Shown here piece after piece: positions 50,350 through 60,918 of a stretch of 64,000 nt of DNA; position 1 is the first letter of the stretch; each line of letters opens with the position of its first letter. The position numbers were made by a program, and so were the translations under genes. The DNA is from Clostridiales bacterium (GTDB lineage: Bacteria > Bacillota > Desulfotomaculia > Desulfotomaculales > VENG01): assembly GCA_016278505.1 (NCBI GenBank), contig JADQBQ010000002.1, positions 89,638-153,637 on the forward strand. The letters run 5' to 3'. The notes beneath the pieces are model-generated. The model worked only from the letters and a program-made list of their open reading frames with translations. It had not been told where the DNA came from and did not search any database.

Positions 50350-51618
50350 CTAAAATCTAGTCCCGTTTACCAGTGTCATTACCGGTTTTCCGGTCAACTT
50401 TCGGCCGGCAAAGGGTGTATTTTTGCCTTTACTTGCAAACGATTCAGGGTTCACTTCCCATTCTTGCCGGGGTTCAATTATTGTAATATCTGCAGGTGCT
50501 CCCACTTCCAGACTTCCCGCAGGGACCCCCAGTATGCGTGCCGGGTTGAGGCTTAATTTGGCCACTGCCTGTTCCGCGGTCAAAAATCCGGGTAGCACTA
50601 ACTGGCTCCATACTAACCCAACTGCGGTCTCCAGCCCTACCAAACCAAAGGGAGCCAAATCGTATTCTACATTTTTCTCTTCCTCCGTATGAGGCGCATG
50701 GTCAGTGGCAATCACATCAATTGTTCCGTCTGCCAACCCCGCCAAGATAGCCTCAACATCCTCAGGCGCCCGCAGTGGAGGGTTAACCTTGGTGGCTGTA
50801 TCATAGCCATGCACATAGTCATGGGTGAGAGTAAAATGGTGTGGCGTTGTCTCGGCCGTAACTTTAATCCCCCGGCTCTTTGCTTCCCGTATAATTTGCA
50901 CTGATCCGGCAGTACTGACATGAGCAATATGAAGGCGGCACCCGGTTAACCGGGCCAGAATAACATCCCGGGCCACCATAACCTCTTCAGCGGCAGCAGG
51001 AATGCCTTTTAAGCCAAGCATGGTGGAAATAGTTCCCTCATGCATAACTCCTCCCGCGAGAGTGCTTTCTTCACAATGCGAAATAATTACGGCATCCAGC
51101 ATTTTAGCATACTCCATGGCCCTGCGCATTACAGCTGCATCGTTTACAGGCTTTCCATCATCTGAAAAAGCAACAGCACCCGCTTCCTTCAGCTCAGCCA
51201 TTGGTGCCAATTCACTGCCCTCGCTGTTCTTGGTAATGGCCCCTACAGGATAAACCTTGGCATTTCCAGCTTCCTGGGCCCGGCCCAGTATATACCGGAT
51301 AACAGAAGCATTATCTGCCACCGGATAAGTATTGGGCATACAGGCAACTGAAGTAAAGCCACCCTTTAACGCTGCCAGAGTACCCGTTTGTACAGTTTCC
51401 TTAGCCTCAAAACCCGGTTCCCTGAGATGAACATGCATGTCCACTAAACCGGGGGTAACCAGCTTATCCGTGGCGTCTAATACCTCTGCTTCCGGAGCGG
51501 TCAGGTGTTCAGACACACCGGCAATTTTTCCGTTCTCCACCAATATATCTTTAACTGCGCGATTTTCAGCGCACGGGTCAATAATAATACCGTTTTTAAT
51601 CAACAGGGACATTTGCAT
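50350..51618 (-). CDS. pyrC: dihydroorotase
   Basis: [10 protein letters not shown] and ATDHAPH metal-ligand motifs. Confidence 0.92.
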   Translation of the reverse strand: MQMSLLIKNGIIIDPCAENRAVKDILVENGKIAGVSEHLTAPEAEVLDATDKLVTPGLVDMHVHLREPGFEAKETVQTGTLAALKGGFTSVACMPNTYPVADNASVIRYILGRAQEAGNAKVYPVGAITKNSEGSELAPMAELKEAGAVAFSDDGKPVNDAAVMRRAMEYAKMLDAVIISHCEESTLAGGVMHEGTISTMLGLKGIPAAAEEVMVARDVILARLTGCRLHIAHVSTAGSVQIIREAKSRGIKVTAETTPHHFTLTHDYVHGYDTATKVNPPLRAPEDVEAILAGLADGTIDVIATDHAPHTEEEKNVEYDLAPFGLVGLETAVGLVWSQLVLPGFLTAEQAVAKLSLNPARILGVPAGSLEVGAPADITIIEPRQEWEVNPESFASKGKNTPFAGRKLTGKPVMTLVNGTRF

Positions 51619-52537
51619 CTCCTCCTCCAGCTAAGAGGTATAAAATGGCCATGCGTACCGCCACTCCATTAGTCACTTGCGTTTCTATCAGCGATTGCTG
51701 CCCGTCCGCCACCTCACCGGTTAGCTCCACACCCCGGTTGATGGGACCCGGGTGCATTAACAATGCATCCGGGGCAGCCAGCCCAAGGCGCTTGCTGTTT
51801 ATCCCGTACATGTTGGCATATTCTCTCAGCCCCGGGAAAAGTCCCTGCTGCTGGCGCTCATTTTGAATGCGCAATACAATAACAACATCAGCACCTTCCA
51901 GGGCATCTTCAACCTTATCAAAAATCTTACACCCCATAGTATCAATACCGTGCGGGATCATAGTGGGAGGTCCACAGACCCTTACCCGGGCCCCCATTCT
52001 AGAAAACCCCCAAATATCTGACCGGGCAACCCTGCTGTGGGTAATATCTCCTATAATGGCCACCTCAAGTCCTTTTAAAGTACCTTTGGCCTCCCGCACA
52101 GTAAACATATCCAATAATGCCTGAGTGGGATGCTCATGAGCTCCGTCTCCGGCATTAATCACCGAAGCGGAAACTGTGCGAGCCATTAATTCCGCCGCAC
52201 CGGCCATGGCATGTCGCACCACTATTATGTCCGCCCCCAGAGCTTTTACCGTTCGCGCAGTATCCACCAAACTTTCACCTTTAACAACACTGCTGGCGGA
52301 TCCAGAGATGTTTACACTGTCCGCACTCAGATACTTGGCAGCAAGCTCAAAAGAGGTACGGGTACGGGTGCTTGGTTCATAAAAAACATTTACTATAGTC
52401 CGTCCCCTGAGGGTAGGAACCTTCTTTAAAGGCCGGGATATTATTTCTTTCATTGGTACTGCGGTATCTAAAATATATTCAATTTCAGATTCCGTTTTAT
52501 GAAGTAACCCTAAAAGATCTTTTCCCTGCAGGGTCAA
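51596..52537 (-). CDS. pyrB: aspartate carbamoyltransferase catalytic subunit
   Basis: STRTR, HPTQ and HPGP motifs. Confidence 0.93.
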   Translation of the reverse strand: MTLQGKDLLGLLHKTESEIEYILDTAVPMKEIISRPLKKVPTLRGRTIVNVFYEPSTRTRTSFELAAKYLSADSVNISGSASSVVKGESLVDTARTVKALGADIIVVRHAMAGAAELMARTVSASVINAGDGAHEHPTQALLDMFTVREAKGTLKGLEVAIIGDITHSRVARSDIWGFSRMGARVRVCGPPTMIPHGIDTMGCKIFDKVEDALEGADVVIVLRIQNERQQQGLFPGLREYANMYGINSKRLGLAAPDALLMHPGPINRGVELTGEVADGQQSLIETQVTNGVAVRMAILYLLAGGGDANVPVD

Positions 52538-52565
52538 ATCAATTACCCCCTTAAAATTTTCAAAT

Positions 52566-52660
52566 AAAAAACCTCGCGTCGGAGAGAGCCCGAAACGAGG
52601 CGGCTGAGAGAAATAAAAACTGAACCCTCCCCTTGCCGGCCTCTCGGGACCCTCTTAAAA
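52566..52660 (-). promoter_or_regulatory. PyrR-dependent transcription attenuator (pyrR-pyrB intergenic)
   Basis: The minus strand contains the PyrR binding-loop motif GGUCCCGAGAGGCCGG (about 52635..52654). Downstream is a terminator hairpin (52572..52600) followed by UUUUUU. Confidence 0.8.
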
Positions 52661-52673
52661 GGATGGTGCTCAA

Positions 52674-53252
<579 letters not shown>

Positions 53253-53257
53253 TCATT

Positions 53258-53355
53258 AAAAAACCTGCTTACACCGGTAAGCAGGACATAGAATGGTCGT
53301 AGGTCAGATAAAATACCACTATGAACCCTTACCGGCCTCACGGGACCGATTTCAA
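53258..53355 (-). promoter_or_regulatory. PyrR-dependent attenuator in the pyrR leader
   Basis: The minus strand shows the binding loop GGUCCCGUGAGGCCGG (about 53331..53350), then the terminator CCUGCUUAC-CGGU-GUAAGCAGG followed by UUUUUU (53285..53258). Confidence 0.82.
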
Positions 53356-53375
53356 GGTCTTTGGTTTCTTGTTAA

Positions 53376-53404
53376 ATAGTATCAAATCATGGTTGTGCAG
53401 TCAA
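53376..53404 (-). promoter_or_regulatory. sigma-A-like pyr operon promoter (TTGACT-17-TACTAT)
   Basis: On the minus strand, TTGACT lies at 53404..53399 and TACTAT at 53381..53376. Confidence 0.6.
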
Positions 53405-53445
53405 CAATTTTCTGCCTGCTTTAAAAATTATCATGACCCGCAAGT

Positions 53446-53721
53446 TTACATCTTATGTATGCCCATAAAAATCAGTCCCACTCCGGTGACAATCATGACC
53501 ATAGAAGCAGGGGAAACCTTTCCGGCCAGTCCCACCAAACCCAAGGTAGTAACAGTAATCAAGATAGTTGGTCCTACAAGTGCTAAAACTGAATTTATCT
53601 TGAAAGCCGTCTCCACACGACCAAAATACAACATCAGCAGGGCGGCAGTAAATTCGATGCTTGCCGATAATATACGCACCGCGGCCATTGAAAAAACTAT
53701 TTTGTCAAAAACATGAAACAT
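53446..53721 (-). CDS. YqhV-like small membrane protein (DUF2619)
   Basis: 91 aa starting MFHVFDKIVFSMAAVRILSASIEFTAALLML..NSVLALVGP, very similar in pattern to B. subtilis YqhV. GGGGGG RBS. The 174-aa track ORF is a 5' over-extension. Confidence 0.78.
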   Translation of the reverse strand: MFHVFDKIVFSMAAVRILSASIEFTAALLMLYFGRVETAFKINSVLALVGPTILITVTTLGLVGLAGKVSPASMVMIVTGVGLIFMGIHKM

Positions 53722-53851
53722 TAAATATCCCCCCAAACCCGCCAGATTTAAAAAATTTTGCTTTAATCTACTTATGCCCGGGGAAGATTTTAAATGCATA
53801 CCCTTTGATGACAGGAGATAAAATATATGTGCTTGGAAAGGACGTGAGAAC

Positions 53852-55156
53852 GTGGAAAAACGCGCCGGGGCAGCAGTACTGGCTGCCATCTCAGGAGTTC
53901 CCTTTGTAATGGTACTGGGCAATTCAATGATCATACCAGTTCTGCCACAGATAAAAGAGGCCCTTGACATCAGCCAATTTAAAGTAAGTTTGATTATTAC
54001 ACTCTTTTCGGTACCCGCAGGAATAATTATTCCCTTTGCCGGCTTTTTGTCAGACCGTTTCGGCAGAAAAAAAGTGATTATTCCCGGGCTGGTTTTATAT
54101 GGACTGGGCGGAATAGTGGCCGGGGTGTCATATTGGATATTGGGGCAAAATTCCTACGCCCTGCTGATTGCCGGGCGAATACTGCAGGGCTTTGGGGCCG
54201 CAGGAACTGCTCCCATTGCCATGGCCCTCACCGGAGACATCTTTACGGGCAAAGAACGCAGCAGGTCCCTAGGTATTATCGAGGCTGCCAACGGTTTTGG
54301 AAAGGTCGCCAGCCCCATTCTGGGTGCGCTGATCGGACTAATCACCTGGTTTGCTACATTTCTCTTTTTCCCTTTACTAATTGTTCCGGTACTTATTGGT
54401 TTATGGCTATTGGTCAAGGAACCACAGGGAAACCAATCAGACATGGCCATTGGACAGTATGTAAAATCCTTTGTAAAAGTATTCGAACAAAAAGCCGGTA
54501 TGCTGATAGCATGTTTTTTTGCCGGTATGACCGCCCTGTTACTGCTCTTCGGAGTTCTATTCTTTCTCAGCGACTACCTTGAGCAAACTTTTGGGCTAAC
54601 CGGTGTGATCAAAGGTGCGGCACTGGCTATCCCGGTTCTTTTTATGAGTTCTTCTTCTTTTGTTACGGGCATGGTCATTAAAAGAAAAGTGGTTTTAATG
54701 AAATGGCTTGTTGTTATTGGGCTCTCATTGATTGCCCTATCACTGGGGCTGCTTGGCGCATTCCAAAACACATACCTTTTCTTTGGCATGATTTCCCTGG
54801 CCGGTATAGGAACCGGACTTGTCTTACCCTGCTTGAATACTTTAATAACCAGTGCTGTAAAGTCAGAACGACGTGGGTTAATTACTTCACTCTATGGAAG
54901 CGTGCGTTTTTTCGGTGTTGCCGCGGGACCACCTATATTTGGCCTTCTGATGGGGCTGGGTAGGACACCAATGTTTTGGACAGCTACTGGATTGGCAATT
55001 GCTGCCGCCATAGTCTCTTTGGTTTTAATACGCGCCTCTGAAATCACAAAAGCCGGTGAGTATCCAAAGGTTGAAGAAGTGGCACGGGAATTACCGGTGA
55101 TCATTCCCGAATTCATTTTTCAGCCGGCCCGCAAGCCGGAACCGGACCCTAAATAA
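53852..55156 (+). CDS. MFS transporter
   Basis: 434 aa with about 12 TM helices and MFS motif A (GFLSDRFGRKK). GTG start. Confidence 0.85.
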   Translation: MEKRAGAAVLAAISGVPFVMVLGNSMIIPVLPQIKEALDISQFKVSLIITLFSVPAGIIIPFAGFLSDRFGRKKVIIPGLVLYGLGGIVAGVSYWILGQNSYALLIAGRILQGFGAAGTAPIAMALTGDIFTGKERSRSLGIIEAANGFGKVASPILGALIGLITWFATFLFFPLLIVPVLIGLWLLVKEPQGNQSDMAIGQYVKSFVKVFEQKAGMLIACFFAGMTALLLLFGVLFFLSDYLEQTFGLTGVIKGAALAIPVLFMSSSSFVTGMVIKRKVVLMKWLVVIGLSLIALSLGLLGAFQNTYLFFGMISLAGIGTGLVLPCLNTLITSAVKSERRGLITSLYGSVRFFGVAAGPPIFGLLMGLGRTPMFWTATGLAIAAAIVSLVLIRASEITKAGEYPKVEEVARELPVIIPEFIFQPARKPEPDPK

Positions 55157-55160
55157 GTTG

Positions 55161-55186
55161 AACCCGTAGTTAAAAAACTACGGGTT
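55161..55186. terminator. bidirectional stem-loop between the MFS gene and the HMA-like gene
   Basis: Perfect 11-bp stem AACCCGTAGTT / AACTACGGGTT with a 4-nt A loop. It overlaps the stop codon of the minus-strand gene. The U-tracts are modest. Confidence 0.6.
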
Positions 55187-55396
55187 TAATACGGAAACTT
55201 GATAATTCCCCTTGGCAATTTCACTTTTTAGATCTTCCAGCAAAATGTTTCTCGGATCATATTCCACTCGAACAAGCTGGGAACTTGTATCAACCGCGAT
55301 ATCCAATACTCCTGAATACTTGTGCAAAGCATTCATTACGTTTACTTTATCTTCCTCACTGCACATGTTGCTGATTTTAAATGTTGTGAATTCCAC
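55178..55396 (-). CDS. small HMA-fold-like protein lacking the CxxC metal site
   Basis: 72 aa with the beta-alpha-beta-beta-alpha-beta spacing of heavy-metal-associated domains (F.I.NM...E.....V..AL....GV..I.V......V.V.YD). The GMTCxxC loop reads NMCSEED instead. GTG start with a GAGGTGA RBS. Confidence 0.55.
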   Translation of the reverse strand: MEFTTFKISNMCSEEDKVNVMNALHKYSGVLDIAVDTSSQLVRVEYDPRNILLEDLKSEIAKGNYQVSVLNP

Positions 55397-55454
55397 TACT
55401 AATCACCTCGCAAAAGAATGCCTGCCGGAACTTTAACCTATAATATACCTTTGA

Positions 55455-57041
55455 TTAGTATTCACTATTCATTATGGAATCCGAACGATAATGAGCCCCT
55501 TTGCTTTCCTCCCGTTGTAGGGCCGCTTGTGAGATCAGATAACCGCTGATTAGCATTAATTTTAATTGGTGGTAATCAAGCAACTGCCGGTAATCGTGAG
55601 GTTCGGTTTGATTTATCCTTTCTTGCATGATTTCGATTTCACTTAAGGCTTTCTGAAGCCCTTCCTTATACCTCACCACACTCACGTGCCTTCCCATTAG
55701 CCGGCGCAGCTCTTGCATGATGAGCCGAAAAGCGTTACTTTCGTGGTGGGTAGGCAAAAATTCGCTATACTGTTGTTTTTTGCATTGTAACTGTTTTGAC
55801 TGATTTTCATCGCATTTTCCCGGGCGATGGCGTAAAACTTCGGCAGCAGCATATTCCCCGGCGCGCAGCCCAAAAACCACAGCCTCTGTAAGAGCATTGG
55901 CAGCTAAACGATTAGCCCCATGCACACCTCCGGCAACTTCCCCGCAGGCATACAGTCCCGGCAAAGTTGTGCGGCAGCGGTCATTAATAACAACACCACC
56001 CATTTCAAAATGGGCGGCCGGGGCTACTTCCACTTTGAGCTTCCCTTGCAGGTAATCCTTTATATCAGCATATTTCGATGCCATAACACCCTGGTCCACA
56101 CCACCAAAGTCCATAAACACAGCGTTTTGGTTCGTACCTCGCCCGGCATTAATTTCATAAAAACTGGCTTGCGCCATAACATCCCTTGTGGCCATATTCC
56201 CCTGCACAGAGTATTGATACATGTATTGTTCACCGTAATTGTTCCTTAATATGGCCCCGTCAGAGAAGGGTGCTGTAGATAAAACCAATCTTGGGCTATC
56301 GATAGTCACACAGGGATGAAATTGGATAAACTCCAAATCTTTGAGTTTGGCCCCGGCCTCACTGGCCAATGCATACCCGTCTCCGGTGACATCCGCCGTG
56401 TTGGTGGTAAAAGGGTAGAGCGAACCCGCGCCGCCACAGGCTAAAATAACGACGCGGGAATTTATGGAAAAAGCCCTTTCCCGCCGCCGGTCGAAACCGC
56501 AAGCACCTTTTATTTCTCCGCCTTTATTGAATAAGGAAGTAATAAGCACACTTTCCAACATCTCTATATCCTGTTTTTTTGCTTCCTGCGTTAACGGCCC
56601 GGCTATAGCCAGTCCCGGAGTCTTCTGCGACTTAAATGCGCTTCCGTCCACCGTCAAAACTCTTTTGGCACTATGTCCGGGCGAACCTTTGACAATAACA
56701 TGTCCTTCTTCGCATAAAAATGGCACCCCGTGTTGCATAAGCCAGTTTACTGCCTCTGGTGCCTCCCCTGCCAGCACAGCTACCAGTTTCTCATCATTGA
56801 GGTAATCACCTCCGGCCATGGTGTCCTTAATATGCCGGGCAATGGAATCTTTATTTCCCTTATTATCCAATACGGCAGCTATACTGTTGCGGGCCATGAT
56901 AGTGTTACCGCTACGCCCGATTTTCCCTTTGGCTGCAACAATAACTTTGCATCCTGCCTGCCTTGCTCGGAGCGCCGCAGACAGTCCGGCTAAACCACCG
57001 CCGATTACTAAGATATCCGCGTGTAAATCAAGTAGTTCCAT
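55455..57041 (-). CDS. FAD flavoprotein of the L-aspartate oxidase / fumarate reductase / succinate dehydrogenase family (divergent NadB-like paralogue)
   Basis: DILVIGGGLAGLSAA dinucleotide fold, TTNTADVTGDGYALA, EFIQFHP, PAAHFEMGGV, GVHGANRLAANALTE and a C-terminal ESKGAHYRSD motif. Several family motifs are altered (see findings). Confidence 0.85.
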   Translation of the reverse strand: MELLDLHADILVIGGGLAGLSAALRARQAGCKVIVAAKGKIGRSGNTIMARNSIAAVLDNKGNKDSIARHIKDTMAGGDYLNDEKLVAVLAGEAPEAVNWLMQHGVPFLCEEGHVIVKGSPGHSAKRVLTVDGSAFKSQKTPGLAIAGPLTQEAKKQDIEMLESVLITSLFNKGGEIKGACGFDRRRERAFSINSRVVILACGGAGSLYPFTTNTADVTGDGYALASEAGAKLKDLEFIQFHPCVTIDSPRLVLSTAPFSDGAILRNNYGEQYMYQYSVQGNMATRDVMAQASFYEINAGRGTNQNAVFMDFGGVDQGVMASKYADIKDYLQGKLKVEVAPAAHFEMGGVVINDRCRTTLPGLYACGEVAGGVHGANRLAANALTEAVVFGLRAGEYAAAEVLRHRPGKCDENQSKQLQCKKQQYSEFLPTHHESNAFRLIMQELRRLMGRHVSVVRYKEGLQKALSEIEIMQERINQTEPHDYRQLLDYHQLKLMLISGYLISQAALQREESKGAHYRSDSIMNSEY

Positions 57042-57074
57042 GAATAATTTTCACCTCACTCAAACCACCAAAGG

Positions 57075-58259
57075 CTATGTCCCTCCCAAAAGCCCCAGGC
57101 GATACAACACTTTACCTGTTAAACCGTACTTTAAATCAACCGCCGCTTCCGGACACATTTCGTGGCAACAGTAACACCGTATACAGGCCCGGTCTCTTAC
57201 GACAGCTTTGCCTTTGAAAATGGTTACAGCATTTTGGGGGCACACCTTGGAACATGTAGCACACCCCGTACAGCGATTACCATCGGGCACGGGGCGGGGA
57301 GTAAGCGCCTGCTTTGCCACAGGGGACCAAATACGCTTAAACCACGGCAGTCGGTCCAAACCCCTGGCATCGCGGGCCACATGAGAGGGCCTTTTAAACC
57401 CTTCTACCACCACATTTTCCAGAGGTTCACCCACAATTTCCAAACTATCGGACTTCCCGTCCCACCATCCCCTGTCGGCTGCAGCTCTTAACATGGGGAC
57501 TTCCAAAGGGTTAATGCCTATAATCTTACAGGCTGCGGCATCCATGGCCACAGGGTCGCTTGCCCCCAGAACAACTCCCACCGACCGTGGCTGACCGTGC
57601 AGCCCAGGACCGTCACCCTCTAAAGCCAATATACCGTCCATAATGAATAATGCCGGCTGCACAGCCCCAATGATATCCAAAAGCATTTCCGCAAACTGTT
57701 CTCCGGTCTGCAGTTTGGCATGGTAACCGGCTTTGGAAAAGCCAGGAATAACTCCGAAAAGGATTTTTGTCGCCCCGGTAAAAGTAGTAAACATATGGGT
57801 TTTCAGTTTGGGAACCGCGATGACCACATCAGCATCCAAAACAGGCTTGGTAACTTCGAAGCGTTTAATTATTTTACCACTGTTATAACTTAGCCCGGCA
57901 GCGGATATATCCCAATTGAGCTCAAACACGCCCTGCTTTTCCGGTTCAAGAAAGCCCGCTGCCCGGTAAACCCTCTTTAAACCTCCCGTTGTATATGGCA
58001 CCGGGCCGGGACTATCCGCCACCAGAGGGTGTGCACCAGCCTCACGGACCAGTTCGGCAAGAGCACTGACTACTGCAGGATGGGTAGTTACCGCCTTTTC
58101 CGGCGGAGTACCGGCAAGCAAATTAATCTTCAAAAGCACCTTTTGCCCGGGGTGAACAAACTTTTTGATACCACCCAAATTGTCAACACATGTTCTTACC
58201 GAATGCTTTACTAGTTCTAATTCATAGTTACTGCAGGAGACGATACTTACTTTACTCAA
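57075..58259 (-). CDS. DUF362 domain protein fused to a 2x[4Fe-4S] ferredoxin domain
   Basis: DUF362-type N-terminal region (KVLLKINLL, PKLKTHMFT, MDGILALEGDGP). Two ferredoxin motifs follow: CTGCATCSKVCP and CIRCYCCHEMCP. Start placed at TTG 58259 after a GGAGG RBS. The track start is 58334. Confidence 0.78.
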   Translation of the reverse strand: MSKVSIVSCSNYELELVKHSVRTCVDNLGGIKKFVHPGQKVLLKINLLAGTPPEKAVTTHPAVVSALAELVREAGAHPLVADSPGPVPYTTGGLKRVYRAAGFLEPEKQGVFELNWDISAAGLSYNSGKIIKRFEVTKPVLDADVVIAVPKLKTHMFTTFTGATKILFGVIPGFSKAGYHAKLQTGEQFAEMLLDIIGAVQPALFIMDGILALEGDGPGLHGQPRSVGVVLGASDPVAMDAAACKIIGINPLEVPMLRAAADRGWWDGKSDSLEIVGEPLENVVVEGFKRPSHVARDARGLDRLPWFKRIWSPVAKQALTPRPVPDGNRCTGCATCSKVCPQNAVTIFKGKAVVRDRACIRCYCCHEMCPEAAVDLKYGLTGKVLYRLGLLGGT

Positions 58260-58382
58260 CACAAACCTCCAAAGTTGCAGGTTAAAATACTTTTTACCTT
58301 CGCAAAATGTTTTAGTAATGTTATTATTAATCAATGTCTATAAATTAACGCTGTAATTATCTTGCAGGAAGGTGTTTAATAA

Positions 58383-59069
58383 GTGTTAAAGCTAAAATTT
58401 ATTAATCGAAAAAACATATATCTATCATTACTTCTGGTCTTTTTAATAATGGCCGGTGTAATAATAATTGACCGGTACGTTACGATAAAGGGTAATCAAT
58501 ACGTGATTACTCCCGAAAACTTATCACAGGCCCAGGCGGCAATAGTTTTGGGAGCATATGTTTTGCCGGACGGTACGCCGTGTCAAATGCTCCGGGACCG
58601 CATTAAAACCGCTGTGGAACTTTACAACAACAAAAAGGTACAAAAGATAATAATGACCGGTGACCATGGCACGCAAGATTATGATGAAGTAAACTACATG
58701 CGTATTTATGCTGAAAAGCTCGGGGTGCCAACAGAAGACATTTTCATGGACCATGCCGGTTTTTCCACTTACGACAGCATGTATAGGGCTAAAGAGATTT
58801 TTTTGGTTAATTCAGCGGTGGTGATTACTCAGGCCTTTCACCTGCCTCGTGCTGTATATACTGCCCGGGCCCTCGGCATTCAGGCAACCGGGGTAAAGGC
58901 AGACAAGCACCAATATGCTTACGCGGATTACTACGACTTCCGGGAAATACCGGCCCGTATAAAGGCTTTTTCCCAATTACACCTTTTACATTCCAAACCC
59001 CGTTTCCTGGGTGAGTCTATCCCCGTTACCGGTGACGGGCGGCTTACGCATGACAAATTCAAATCCTAA
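58383..59069 (+). CDS. SanA/YdcF-like DUF218 membrane-anchored protein
   Basis: N-terminal TM helix and a DUF218 core (AIVLGA..., IIMTGDHG, Y.E...M). GTG start. Confidence 0.75.
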   Translation: MLKLKFINRKNIYLSLLLVFLIMAGVIIIDRYVTIKGNQYVITPENLSQAQAAIVLGAYVLPDGTPCQMLRDRIKTAVELYNNKKVQKIIMTGDHGTQDYDEVNYMRIYAEKLGVPTEDIFMDHAGFSTYDSMYRAKEIFLVNSAVVITQAFHLPRAVYTARALGIQATGVKADKHQYAYADYYDFREIPARIKAFSQLHLLHSKPRFLGESIPVTGDGRLTHDKFKS

Positions 59070-59216
59070 CCATGTTTCAATCTATAAACTTATTTACTCA
59101 ATTCTTTCACTACGGGAAAGGATTTACAAGATTATTGTCTAAAATAATATTCAAGAAATGAGAAAATTGAATCTTTAACTAAGTGTTAGTACAAATTTCA
59201 TTCTGGAGGGCTTGAC

Positions 59217-60722
59217 ATGCTGGTAAGTGACTTTATTTTACACAGCCTGGATAAATTTTCTGATCGCACTGCCGTGATCTTTCAGGATAAAAAAGTAACA
59301 TACTCGGAATATGCTGAAAGAATCGGGCAACTGGCGGCAGGGCTAAAATCAATGGGAATAAAGCCCGGAGAGTACGTAGCAATCTTAATGCCTAACCACC
59401 TGGAATTCGCTACAACATACTGGTCACTAAATTTTGTGGGAGCACCCGTAGTACCAGTTAACCCTCTCCTTAAGGGGCCGGAAATAAGACATATACTTCA
59501 GGATAGCGGAGCCGTAGCAATTATCACCGTCGCACCCTTTGCACCGCTTATCCAATCCTTGCACGAGCACCTGCCCGCACTACGCAACATAATCGTTATT
59601 GGCGAGACATCCAGTGATAACCAAATTGAATACTGTAAATTGTTTAGTTTCCCGCCGGACTTAACTCCCCCGCCTTTAGACCAAAATGATGTCTCGGCCT
59701 GTTTATTCACCTCGGGTACCACAGGCAAGCCTAAAGGAGTTATGTTGACTCACAAGAACCTTGTTTTTGATACCCAAAAGGTCACTGAAGCTATCGGAGT
59801 GGATTACCGCGAGCGGTACTTAGGCGTGCTTCCTTTCTATCATGCATTTGCCGGAACTGTTTGTTTACTTGCCCCGGCATGTACCGGCGCCTCAGTTGTC
59901 ATTACAGAGAAATTTTTACCAAAGGCCACAGTTGAAAATATTAAAAAACATGAAATCACCATCTTCCCGGCTGTACCGGCGATGTATGCAGCAATTCTGC
60001 AGGCTGCTAAGCATGCAAAACCTGAAGACCTGTCTTCATTACGCATGTTCGTTTCGGGTGGCTCGGCTATGCCTTTGCAAATGATGCGTACACTGGAAAA
60101 AAAATATGGAGTTATTGTACTGGAAGGGAACGGGCCCACAGAGACATCCCCTATTTCGTATGTGAACCGCTTAGAACTACGTAAACACGGTTCAGTTGGT
60201 CCCCCTCTCCCCGGGGTACAGGTAAAGATTGTTGATGAAAACGATAATCAACTTCCGCTTAATACAGTCGGTGAAATAACTGTCCAAGGCGATAATGTCA
60301 TGAAAGGCTATTTAAACCAACCCCAAGCAACTGCCGAAAGCATACGTGGCGGTTGGTTTCATACCGGGGACCTGGGGATGGTCGATGAAGATAATTACGT
60401 TTATATAGTAGACAGAAAAAAAGATATTATTATTGTTGGCGGTTTCAATGTATATCCCCGGGAAGTGGAAGAAGTATTTTACAGTCACCCGGCAGTAGCA
60501 GAAGTAGCCGTGGTGGGAGTGGCTGATGAAATGCGAGGCGAAATTCCAAAGGCCTATGTAGCGCTAAAACCAGGACAACAAGCTACTTCTAAAGAACTAA
60601 TCAAATTTTGCCGTGAAAACTTGGCCAATTATAAATGCCCTCGCCAGGTTGAATTTAGACAAGAGCTTCCCAAGGGGGCTAACGGGAAAATATTAAAAAG
60701 AGTGCTTAAAGAGGGATTTTAA
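59217..60722 (+). CDS. AMP-forming acyl-CoA ligase (long/medium-chain fatty acid-CoA ligase family)
   Basis: AMP-binding motif FTSGTTGKPKGV, GWFHTGDLG and the terminal lysine motif NGKILKR. Confidence 0.88.
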   Translation: MLVSDFILHSLDKFSDRTAVIFQDKKVTYSEYAERIGQLAAGLKSMGIKPGEYVAILMPNHLEFATTYWSLNFVGAPVVPVNPLLKGPEIRHILQDSGAVAIITVAPFAPLIQSLHEHLPALRNIIVIGETSSDNQIEYCKLFSFPPDLTPPPLDQNDVSACLFTSGTTGKPKGVMLTHKNLVFDTQKVTEAIGVDYRERYLGVLPFYHAFAGTVCLLAPACTGASVVITEKFLPKATVENIKKHEITIFPAVPAMYAAILQAAKHAKPEDLSSLRMFVSGGSAMPLQMMRTLEKKYGVIVLEGNGPTETSPISYVNRLELRKHGSVGPPLPGVQVKIVDENDNQLPLNTVGEITVQGDNVMKGYLNQPQATAESIRGGWFHTGDLGMVDEDNYVYIVDRKKDIIIVGGFNVYPREVEEVFYSHPAVAEVAVVGVADEMRGEIPKAYVALKPGQQATSKELIKFCRENLANYKCPRQVEFRQELPKGANGKILKRVLKEGF

Positions 60723-60918
60723 GGAACGCGCGTCTCCTATCCCAAAGACAGTAACATTATTGAATGGCGCGGAATACTTTAAATCATGCTCCTTAACCAA
60801 AAATACTAAAGCAGGAGGTGTTCGAGCAAATCACCTGCTCCAATTAAAATAGAGGTGATTTTCAACCCGGGAAAGGAGATGGCTGCATTTGAACGGGCAA
60901 AACACGGCAAGGAGTTGG

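Noticed and set aside
53446-53970. 174-aa minus-strand ORF overlapping the MFS transporter start
   Set aside because: Only the last 91 codons look like a real protein (YqhV/DUF2619-like, with its own GGGGGG RBS at ATG 53721). The upstream part is open reading through the divergent promoter region and the MFS 5' end.
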